Source: Vitrella brassicaformis CCMP3155 (Eukaryota; Protista; Chromerida). From it: a DNA stretch of 64,000 nt. Position numbers and translations under genes: made by a program. A model generated the notes under the pieces. The model did not search any database. It was not told where the DNA came from and was given only the letters and a program-made list of their open reading frames with translations. The stretch spans positions 186,001-250,000 of the forward strand of contig CDMY01000581.1 in assembly GCA_001179505.1 (NCBI GenBank). The letters run 5' to 3'. This document shows, piece by piece, positions 49,274-59,525 of the stretch (position 1 is the stretch's first letter; the number at the start of each line of letters is the position of its first letter).

Positions 49274-50121
49274 CTTTTCTGTTTCTGATCTGAGTGACCG
49301 ACTGCCCATATCCTTCGGGGATTCTGATGAGCATGTGGCTTGGCGAATCTCGGATGGATGGATGGATGGATGGATAAATGGATGACACACCGATATCTAT
49401 CAATTGTACTGGTCAGTCGGCAAGGCAGCTCATACCCATATGTGTGTCCCGAGACGTGCACACGCACTCATGGACACACGCCCAGCACCCATTGGGCGTA
49501 ATCCACCCATACCTTTGATCCACCCACCCATCTACGCATCGCGCCGCGCCACTCGGGCGCAAAAGGCAGGCAAAACTGGGCCATGCTTGTACAAAAGAGC
49601 TACTGTGAGGTTCCTCATTGCCGACTTCAGCTCTCCGTGGGTGAAGCCGCTGCTGGGACGGTCAGGCGAGTCCCAGCTTCAACATCACCAACGAAGAGAT
49701 CAAGCTGGCAACAAAGCACTCGTACACAAGCAATATGCAGGCTCGCTGGGGACGGAAACACCGAAAAAGTGTCAGAACCTGGCACTGTGTGTGCTCCGCG
49801 GTGTGTCGAAGCCGGCCTCGACGCACTCTCGATGCTTCTCGCAACATGCATCTTCAAAGCACGTCGACATCAGCTACGCGACACACCGCAGAGGAAACAC
49901 ACTTCTGTCTGCACACACATGGAAGCGCTCCCCTCTCTCTCCTCTCTGTCTCTCCCTGTCTCTCTCTCCTTGCCACTGAATCCATCCCTTCGGGATAATC
50001 ACTCGCTCAATTGTACATACACACAATATACAATCAATATACATCATACATATACAACAAAACTTCCCCAGCTGGCCGGCCACTCGTTCCATCCGTCCAC
50101 CGATTCGCTCCACCCATCGTA

Positions 50122-50968
50122 TCAGCCGCCCCTCACCATCTTGTCCCCTTCCCTGCCCGACTTCCGCCTCACCAGCACGTGCCAGTGGTGGATGGACTCG
50201 ATCGTCCGCAGGTTGGTGGGGTTGATGAAGTACAGGTACTCGTGGGTGTCGGGAGGGTACGCCTTCTCCACTATCTCCTCCACATCGGCGGCTGACAGGT
50301 CTCTCAGGGCCCAGCAGACCAGGTGGCTGACGCCGTCCTCGAAGCTGTATGGATAATCGTTGGGCACCAGCCAGTGGCGGTCATGCAGCGACGCACGCGC
50401 AGCCTACAAGACAACACAGACAGAGCACACCCATAGCCAAGCGGATGAAGAGAAATGGTCGCCGCGTGCTCACTTTGCTTACCTCAGTGAGTGGGACTGC
50501 CTGCATCCGCCCCTGCTCATCCCTGGTGTGTTGGAGGCCCAGCACATTGATCAGGATGCTGTCGCCCATCGACACATACTCGTCTGTCACGCGGCCCCGC
50601 CACTGTCGGTACTTGTCTCCCACGTCTGCATTCCGCGCAAACAAATCGAGCCGGCCCGACTCAATGTGCTGGCGGGCTTCTTCCCAAGTCGCCGGACGGT
50701 CCACCACACGCACGCCACCTATCATCCTGCATCAAAGCACAGGCAAGTCGCTGGTGGTGATGGCTATGTGATTAGTCACGTACCAGGTTGTGGCCGATGT
50801 GATCTGCTCTCTCTCCCTGGTTGTGCTGCTTCTCTGCAAGGCGCTCGTGCCGTCCCTGCTGTCCTTCTGCAGCACGGCCGAGAGCTGATGTGGTCCGGTG
50901 CGGCGCGCCTCAGATACAGCGAAGAACAGGTACGCGGTGAGGGAGAACACCACGGCAGGACGCTGCAT
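50122..50968 (-). CDS. DUF3605 (GIG1-like, HIT-related) protein with N-terminal hydrophobic leader
   Basis: TWEEARQHIESGRLDLFARN, PNDYPYSFEDGVSHLVCWA and YFINPTNLRTIESIHHWHVLVR are the family's conserved blocks. Confidence 0.85.
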
Positions 50969-51090
50969 CTGCCTCTCCGCTGTACTTCTGCAAGCTGAGC
51001 TCGCAACGGATTCCGGAAGAAAAATCGGGGAGGAGGGCGCTCGAGCCATTCCCATTGGAGAAGTGACGTTCCCCCGTTCAAGTTGCCGAG

Positions 51091-52428
51091 ATGGATCTGG
51101 TCAAGTATGTGTTTTTCCTATGCACCGCCCTCGGGCTGGCACCAGAGAGGACAGCTGGGCAGAAAGTCAGCGTAACCTTATATTACGGTAGGAGAGCTGG
51201 TACGATGCCCTTCTGATCTGTGCACCGCTGTCCGTATGTGTTACCGCAGAGTCCTTGTGCCCTTTCTGCCGACGGGTGAGCCGGGCCGCGTACGATTGCC
51301 GTCAATTGCAGCTGGTGTCATTTTTGCGTGTGTGTGGCCACCTGTTGTTTGTTGGCTCAGTGGATAGCCTACCAACTGCTGCCACTTGTAAGTCAGAGGC
51401 AGGCCACCATTGCAACTGCTGGGACTGTTGTGTGGACGCGCTTGTTTATGCTTCCAGTGGTCGTCTGAGCTGAAGGAGTACGTGACGCCGTCGCTTATCC
51501 CATACGGTGGGCAGAAACACCACACACCCTGATGATATGGATGAATCTCACTAGTTGGTGCATTGACGCATACGTGTGTTGTGTAATGATCGATGATGTG
51601 TGCTCTGGTATGGTGTGGCTTGGACTCTGCGGCACCAGGCAATGCCCACGAAAAGAGGGTTGACGGCCACTACAAGTTTCAGTGCCAACATGGCGAGGAG
51701 GAGTGTGTCCTCAACACCATCGAGGCGTGCATCATCAAGAAGCTCGGCGACAAGACGGACCAGCTGCTGGGCGTCATCGGTGAGTGAGTGGGTGGTGAAT
51801 ATGAGGGAGTGCAGAGCACGCTGTCGTGACTGTTTGTGTCGGTGCAGGCTGTATTGAGGATCCCGGGAAGGAGCCAGGTTCGTGGCACGACTGCGTGCCA
51901 AACGACACGTTGCTGGAGGAAGTCAAGACATGCGCCACAACAGAAGAGGGAGAGCAACTGCAGGTGCGCGCTCCACACCTGCCCCGCCCGGACAGTAAAC
52001 GCATGCAACAGCACGTTCTGTTCCTGTGTGTGGGGTTGTGCAGCACTACTATGCCCAGGAGACCGATGGCCTTGTGCCGGCCCACAAGTATGTGCCCTGG
52101 GTGCTCATCGACAACAAACACTCAGCACTGGTGAGGGAGAACATCCACACACAGACGCAGAGGCAGGCCAACACCTACGACACACTCTTTCGCTCCCTTG
52201 TCATTCTCTCAGGCGGAGATGAACCTCAAGTCAGCTGTGTGCCGTCGGCTGAAGGACACCATCTCGACCGTGCCGGCCACCTGCAACGACTTCATCGTCC
52301 AGCAGCAGGACGCTCACGCACATGATGATAAGGAGGAAGGGCAGCCCAGCAGTGGCCGCACCTTCCGGCCTGCACCTGCCATCACCACAGCAGTGAGGGC
52401 TGGTCTGGCACAGGTGCTGTATCAGTAG
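51091..52428 (+). CDS. IFI30: GILT (gamma-interferon-inducible lysosomal thiol reductase) family protein
   Basis: Signal peptide MDLVKYVFFLCTALGLA. KVSVTLYY|ESLCPFC (CXXC active site split by an intron), YPYG, FQCQHGEEECVLNTIEACI, HKYVPWVLID. Confidence 0.92.
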
Positions 52429-53229
52429 CTAAGTGGACAATGAGGTAGAGGTAGAGAGCCGGGCAGCGGAGGGAACACTGACTGCATGAGCGAGAGCTAA
52501 GCGAAGAGCTTTTTCGGTCCGTTTGTTGTGGTGGCCTTTGTCGTCTTAAGTTTGAGTTTGGCGCTGACTGACAATGGGAGGCCATTGTGTGTGTCATGCT
52601 GCCGATAGCCATCTGCCATTCGGTGCTTCGCTCCACCGGCTAAGGTGACCCAATGTCCCTGTCTGTCTGTCTGTCTGTGGCCGGCCTGCCTTGCATCATA
52701 CTGCGTGTAAAGAGATGTGTCGATTGGATTGGTGTGCCAACTTTGCCATGGGCCAGCTCAGCTCTATGCCTGTCGTTGCGCATATACATGAGCCATGCAC
52801 ACACATGTGTGCATTCCATTGGATCTATAGGGACGGGGCGCCTCTCATTCACTTAGTCGATGGATGAGTGCTCAGACAGACTGATGGGACAAAGTGGAAT
52901 GACAAATGGAAATGTGGGCGTCGGTCGGCTGGTACTTTGTGGCTTAACAGCTGTTTGTCTCTAGCTGGCTGCCTGCGACTTGTCCTCGACAAAGACCATT
53001 GCATCTGCCTGCCTTATGTCGTGTATGGATCGAAGTCGCTTGACCTCGCCTCCAAATCAAAGGGTCCAGCGAATTTCATTTCATCGAATATATAACTAAG
53101 ATGAGAAAGGGAAAGTTGACACAGCTGTGTGTGGTATTGACATGAACATCTAGCTGTTCTCTTCTATGAAATGAATCAAACTATGATGGATGTCTATTTG
53201 TGGGAGCAAGCCCGGCCACTAGTCATGGC

Positions 53230-54240
53230 CGGCACCTCGTCTTCGGCACGACTCAACTAAGTCAGGGCGCAGCATGTGCATTGAGAAGAAGCTCCAGTGG
53301 CTTTACGAGGTCCTGAAACACACGCACACACACAATCAGTCAGCTCACTTCTCATGTCCACAGCCATTCGGCTCACTTTACATAGACGTCACCGCCAACG
53401 AAATCGAAAAAGTCCCTGATGAAGCTGACACACATGCTGTCGAACTGCTCCATCATGTGGTAGGCTTTCAGACACATACGGAGATGGACACATCTGTCTT
53501 GTCGAAGTCATTTATCCATCCATCCACATGATGCAACATTCATATGATCGTCTGTGTCATTTGTTTGTGTGTCTGTGTGTAGTCTGTGTGTATTGCTGTC
53601 TACCTGGAAGCCGTTCTTGTTTCTCACGGGCAGTGAAGTGAGTCGGGTGGGAAGTACTTAAACTCGGGTGTCTCTGTGAGGCAGGTTTTCTCGTTGCAGT
53701 CGATGTACACCGGGATGAAGGTGAGCTCGTACACGTGTGGGGCGTCGATGCCGGCAGCCTGGAGTGCGGCGGGTGCAAACACCTGAGCGACACACAGGAG
53801 ACAGACAGACGGACAAAGAGACAGGAGTAGAACAGAGTGTGTGTGTGTGTGTGGTGTCTGTACTTTGTTTCCTGGCTCGGTACTTTATTGTGGGTGTTGG
53901 CGTGTCTGATGGCTTCTGCGATGAACAAAACGTCGTGAGACATATCGAATATCACCAGTCCCGCGACGAATTGACTCGCATCGTCCTTATCTTCTGCAGC
54001 CAACTTCCGTGCAGTTCGCCGGGGTCTGATGGCCACGAGCATGCCTCGCTCCCCGCCAGGTATGCGATCAAGGCGTTGATGCTGATTACGAACGAGCCCG
54101 CGGGCGGGCTGCACAGTCGGCTGCGCCGTCGGCTGCCCGCTCGTGGCCTTCTTGCCCTTCTTCGTCTTGATCTTGGTGAACGTCACCTTCTTTGCTGCCC
54201 CCACCCCACCCGCCGCGGCCGCCGCACAAATGCCACACAT
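53230..54240 (-). pseudogene. 3' part of an unknown-family gene (copy 1), multi-exon, probably degenerate
   Basis: Exons ...FDMSHDVLFIAEAIRHANTHNK|VFAPAALQAAG... and MMEQFDSMCVSFIRDFFDF have counterparts in copy 2. No proper start; the upstream sequence is a TLDc fragment. Confidence 0.45.
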
Positions 54241-54520
54241 CGCAGCGGTACTCGTTGAGGTTGGACCAGGTCGGGTGGTCGGGCGGCTCCAGACCGGCAC
54301 TCAGGAAGGCGCCGAAGACGTAGTGGTCCTTGCGAATGACAAACAGCAGGCGCTGCTTGTCGCCGACACACCGGAGCAGCTGCTCGACGCACTGCTCTGG
54401 CCCTGCTCTTGTGCAGCCCACCCGGTGAAGTCGGCCCACTAGCGGCACACGCGGAGGAGGGTCCCGAAATTGTACTTGGCGGATGGGTCGATCACCATTC
54501 CCTCGCGCACACGGCCAAAC
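54231..54520 (-). pseudogene. TLDc-domain gene fragment
   Basis: LLRCVGDKQRLLFVIRKDHYVFGAFLSAGLEPPDHP...NEYRCDVWH resembles the TLDc core (VFGAF). It is truncated and preceded by a stop and a frame change. Confidence 0.55.
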
Positions 54521-54639
54521 GACGCCGACGACAATTGGCCGACGACGCTGGCGTCAGAGGTGGATCGTCTGTTTTGTGCAGGTAGACGATCAGCGACGTC
54601 CGCGTTGTGGTGAGGGAGGTCACTTGAAGTCGAAAAACT

Positions 54640-57600
54640 CAGTGACAGACGTGTGTATGACACACAGATGCTGTCGAACTGCTCCATGACAGACAGCATG
54701 CTGCGTGAGTACTCACAGCCATCCACAAACCCACCCACAGAACCATCGACTCGTGTCATCCCGCCCCGCCCCGTCATCTCACCCACCTGTCGCTTTGACT
54801 GTTTTGCGCTTGTGGTGTGCGTGCCCACCGATGAGGTCCACTCTTCGCATCGACAAGTGCGTCCCATTCATTTCGTTGCTTCAGCGCTAAAGGCAGACGC
54901 TGAATGAGGGGCTTGGATTCGAAATTTTTCTGTTCTGACCTCTTCATAGGTCTTGAATTTTGCTTGTCTTGCATTCTTCTCTTCAGGCACCTTGTTCCTC
55001 TGGCTCTTCATCCGAGTCGGACGGCAATTTGTTGTCCACCCGAATCTTTGCGCGAAGTCTCGGGGCACGCTTGTGGTCCTCCTCTGTCGGCTCACGGTCG
55101 CACTCGTACTGACCAAGCTGATTGAACGAGCCGTGTATCATCCCCTCCCTCTCCACTGACCGTGTTGTCGATGTCTCGCCCGGTCCTCACCTGCCGCGTG
55201 ATTGTCTCGCTGCATGGCCTCAGGCATGGCCTTTTTGAACTCTGCCACAACAGCTGATACATCAGTGATGAACCGACTGCTTTGCCATTTGCGTACCGTC
55301 CGCAACATCAATGAGGTCTACGAGCTTGGTGCGTTGTGTGAAGACACTCAGGGCTAGGTAGGTGTGGAGGCCGAGGCCGCATTCCGTCAGTGTCTTCAGT
55401 GTATTGTCTTTGTTGTCTTTGGACGCTCTCTTGCAGCTTTGGGCGCAGGCCATCCACATTTGGTTCCAAGGGGGACAAGGCTGAAATCACATGTTGTTCA
55501 TGGCTGTGTGTGGCGGTACGTGAAGCCCGTTGTTGTTGGGCTCGCCAGTAAGATTTGTCTTGGCCACTTGCAGAGCCACGCCGACGTTGCCACATGTCTC
55601 GACGTCATAGAACGGAGGCGTTGTGATGGATTTGATGTCCCCGTTCTCGAGTCCTGCAGCCTCCAGTGCTTGTTTTCTGTACATCTACAAGCGACAGACA
55701 ACGCCAAAAGCGATCCCTCGTCTGTAGAGGGTGCATTTAATTTCTTCACATCATTCACCAATGAGGGTATCTTGCCGTGTTTGTTGGCATGGTCTTTGTA
55801 TTGTTTGATGTAGAACACATCGTGAGGCTCGATGAGGTCTGCTGTCTCAAAGTTGAAGCTGACGCGAAGGCGAGTTCGCTCCTCGCTCCTCGCAGCATTG
55901 GTCGAACTCGGGGGCCACTCGACGGAATTTGTATACGTCGGAGAAGGACTTGTCAACGTCAGTCTGCTTGAATACATAGAGACACACATCAGCATCCACA
56001 TTCCCATCAGCACCCATCCACACAAGCGATGTGATGCCTCCTAACAAAGGGCCTACGTGTAGAGTTTGTCTTGCGGCGCCTCACGCAACACCTCGCCCCT
56101 GAGAGCCTCCCCCTGAACCGCTGCAAAACGGTCCGTGTGGCGGTGGCGTAGGCCCTCCTTGACGCCAGGTCCCAGCTCCACGCCTCCATCCATGCATACA
56201 TACATGCGTACACAGATGCGCACAATGCACAGAACGCTACCGGTTCAGCTATATCTGGCCTGCCCACCTCAGGGGAGGGGAGGCAGGGCCTCAATCACTG
56301 CAGCATCGCTCGACTTTAGTGACGGTGACGCCATGGATGAGGCCCAATATGCGCTCCCCCGAGAGAATGCGCGGCAGTGCCCTCCTGCCTTCACATACAT
56401 GCACACACACACACGACACACACGATACATGATGCTTATGGTAGTGATGTAGTCGCCTCACTCACTTAGGCCACCGCTCTTGATGCCCAGGTCCCCGGTG
56501 CGCTGGGCCGCCATTGCTCGCGCCAACAAGGCCAACGCTAGTAGACGCGCCGCCTCCTGCACAAAAAGCACACCGAACACACAAAGAGGCAGTGTCGTGC
56601 AATGCATCTGCCTTTGGGCCTACCTGGCTGCAGAGAAGACACAAGAGGAAAATCCAATGAAGCGAAGACGAAATCACGTTGTGTGACATAAGAGGGCTTA
56701 CGGTCAACTCCGGGAAGAGAAGATGGAGCGACGACTTGGTATCTCTTCGGCAGGCTTTCAAGGCTGCAGAGAGGCAGTGGTGTCTTTGGTTTGCTGCTGT
56801 CTGAGACACGCTTACCGTAGACTTCGATGAAGTTGAACTCAAAACGGCACGCTGCCAAAAAGCCTCTCATCAAGAGATTTGGCGGCACTTCGCTGAAAGG
56901 ATTGCACTGCGGATCCCAGAACTCGCACAACACCATGAGCGACGACGACCTGGTCAACCTGAAAGAGCAGTGTGCAAAAGAGGTAGGGCACACGACACAT
57001 CGGTGTGCTATGTTCTCTCCACCAACGTGTCGTGTTCTCCCATTTCGCTGCATATCTGAAGATGACCAACTCACGGAAGCTGCCATACTCGTCACCAAAG
57101 TCTGCACACAGACACACAGCGGCAGACACCATCCATGTCAAGTTGCCTCTCCTGTGGTGCTTTGCCCTCCCTCTCTCACAACTACACAGGGGATCTCCCG
57201 AGGCCAGACGCAGTGAAACGGCGCTTCTTGATCTCCGCCTTGCACTCGTCGAGAGTCCGGCAGCTCAGGACGGCCCCTGTGAGTGTCGTGATAACGTACT
57301 TCTCCCGCCGCCTCTCACCGACACCGAGCCGCTTCTGCTTGGCCCTCCCGACCTTCCGCCCCTTGTTGGCTTGACGAGCGTGTTGCGGGGCCTGCCTGGC
57401 CTGAACGCATGCACACAAATACACACAGAACTGGTCACCCCTACAGTCACCACCGTCCTTGCCTTAGCAGAACGTCCCTCTCTCCTCCACCTTTCGTATG
57501 CCTGTTCTGGTATACCATCCACGACCACTTCAGCCGCTCGCCATGGACCCCGAGCCCAGACGCAGTGACGTACCTTTGTGGGCAGTACACTGACCGCCAT

Positions 57601-58900
57601 CACCGCGATATTTCATACCGCAACCTCCAATTGGCTGGTGCCTCTATCGGGTACCTTCTCGAAAAGCGACTCAAAATATGTCGGACGACAGCCATAGACA
57701 GCATCCGTCTCTGTAGTCCTAAGGTTGTTAGTCAGCAGGTTCTTCCGGTGGGAGTCGCTAATCCCCTGGACATGTTGCTGTGGCTGCCGGGGAAGAATCC
57801 ATGATGAAGGACGGCAGCATTATGCCTACATTCTCTCCCGCCTCCAGTTCCTGGTGCGTTCTCGGCTCGACCCGACATGCAGCCGGCTGCAGAACCGCGG
57901 ATACCCGTCACCAACCGGGAATCTAGCGGCCTCCCCTGGTTCCGGCTCAGGCCCCCATTTGTCCAAACGCCAATATTCCACCCCGCCCGTCTTGACATCG
58001 TCGATGCGAGGGGTGCTAATGGCGATCTCGAAACAGCAGTTGGGGTAATGGAGCGGCTGTCAGAAGCGGACCAGGTCTCCGCTGCCTGGCAGCTTCGAGA
58101 AGTCGGCCATAGGCTCGAATTGGGCGAAACTGGCTATCCACACGGTCAGGCTTAAAACGACGTCCCGCTTTACGACAAGCACCTGCATGGACAGAAAGCA
58201 CCACACAGAGACGACCGACCACATGTCACCCACCCCTTTCCATCGCAGCACCCCGACCACCCACTTCCACACACACATACCCCCTGTTGCAGCACAGGTT
58301 CTCGTCGCCGTCGTACTCGTATGTGCACTTCCACACCCAACCGCCGGGCGCAAACGGGTTGTCTGCACCATACGCAAGCCTGATATCTGTGTGTGAGCCT
58401 CCCTCGACCCTACCGACTTGAGCGTTCTGGAACAGCCAAAAGTATTTGCGCAGCAGCCGCACTTCGAATGCCAACCCGAGAGTGACCATAAAGAAGCTCA
58501 TCTTGTGTGGGTTTCCGATGAAGATGCGTGGGTGGGGGAGGGTCTTCGGGTAGAGCGAGTAGAGCACCTCATGTCGAGGTGCGCCTAGTGAGGCATGAAT
58601 TCGCAGTGTAGTGGTCGTTCCTGAGTTCCACTGTCCTCGTTGCTTGTTGGGGGTGTGGCATCACGTTACCAGTGTCGTTCGTGTGGACAGGGAGGTCCAT
58701 GCAGCTGGCCTGGACCTCAAACTCCAGTGAAGCCATCGGCCACCTCCCCATCAGACACACGCCCAAGTGCTTATATGGGCAAGTGCCGACTTGGCTGAAG
58801 TTCCCTTTGGAAACTGCAAGCAGCTGGCAGCCGAGCTGGTCCGCAGCGTCCCCCTTCTTGTTGGCCCTGACCGCAACGAGCCGCGAGTTACGAGCGCCGT
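54640..58900 (-). pseudogene. Long decayed multi-exon gene of the same unknown family (copy 2)
   Basis: Protein-like exon remnants with stops and frameshifts, including HDVFYIKQYKDHANKHGK|MYRKQALEAAG and MEQFDSICVS. The 5' limit is approximate. Confidence 0.4.
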
Positions 58901-59525
58901 TTGCGTTCCCCGGCGCTCAAAACCCGGGAGGAGGACGTGCGGTGGGTGGGAGGCAAAGACTGCAGATGATCGGAGAGTGACAAGGCCTAGGCTCCTTCCT
59001 CGGGCCACTGCAGTTAGGGAATCCCCTAAACTGCAATAAAAAGGATAGCTGACGACGCGCGACTGTCGAACGCGCGCCGAATTCTCGACGCGCGTTGCAT
59101 CGGCAAGGCGCTGGCACGAGGGTACACGAGGGGAGGACCAAGCTACTTCCTAAGTCATTTCCCTTCCTGGCCAAAGCGGAAACGCGGCGTTGGCCAGATT
59201 GACGTCAAACTAATGCCACTTTTGCGTCCGTGTGCTTTCCCGTCTTTATCTAAATGACGCTTCACTTGAGACGATTGATGATTGATGTGTAACGCAGTGA
59301 CACGCACAGCAAGCGCGGGTCAACGAAACACAAAGAAAGCAGGCAGTCGTTCACACACGAGAAATGTCGACACACGTACAAAGTCCAGAAATATGTATGT
59401 ATCTACACATGCAGCCTACCTGACCTGCTGCGCTGCCTCATCGACACTCACTATGTACCGAAAAGCACGTCCGCCCGCTACACTCACAAAGGTGCGTCGC
59501 CGTCCATCAGTCGGTTGTCAGCTGC

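Noticed and set aside
49404-50110. ORFs 49404..49979 and 49583..50356 as a gene
   Set aside because: They run through microsatellite-like tracts and antisense to the DUF3605 3' exon, with no motif or coherent exon structure.
57595-57630. HHRDISYRNL on the plus strand resembling a kinase catalytic loop (HRDxxxxN)
   Set aside because: No Gly-rich loop, VAIK or DFG equivalents at suitable spacing in the surrounding frames. The opposite strand looks more like the coding remnant.
57613-58062. Four same-frame stop codons as a RIP- or methylation-like C-to-T signature
   Set aside because: Four stops in about 150-190 codons is close to what non-coding sequence of this GC content would give, and ancestral codons cannot be inferred without an intact paralog.
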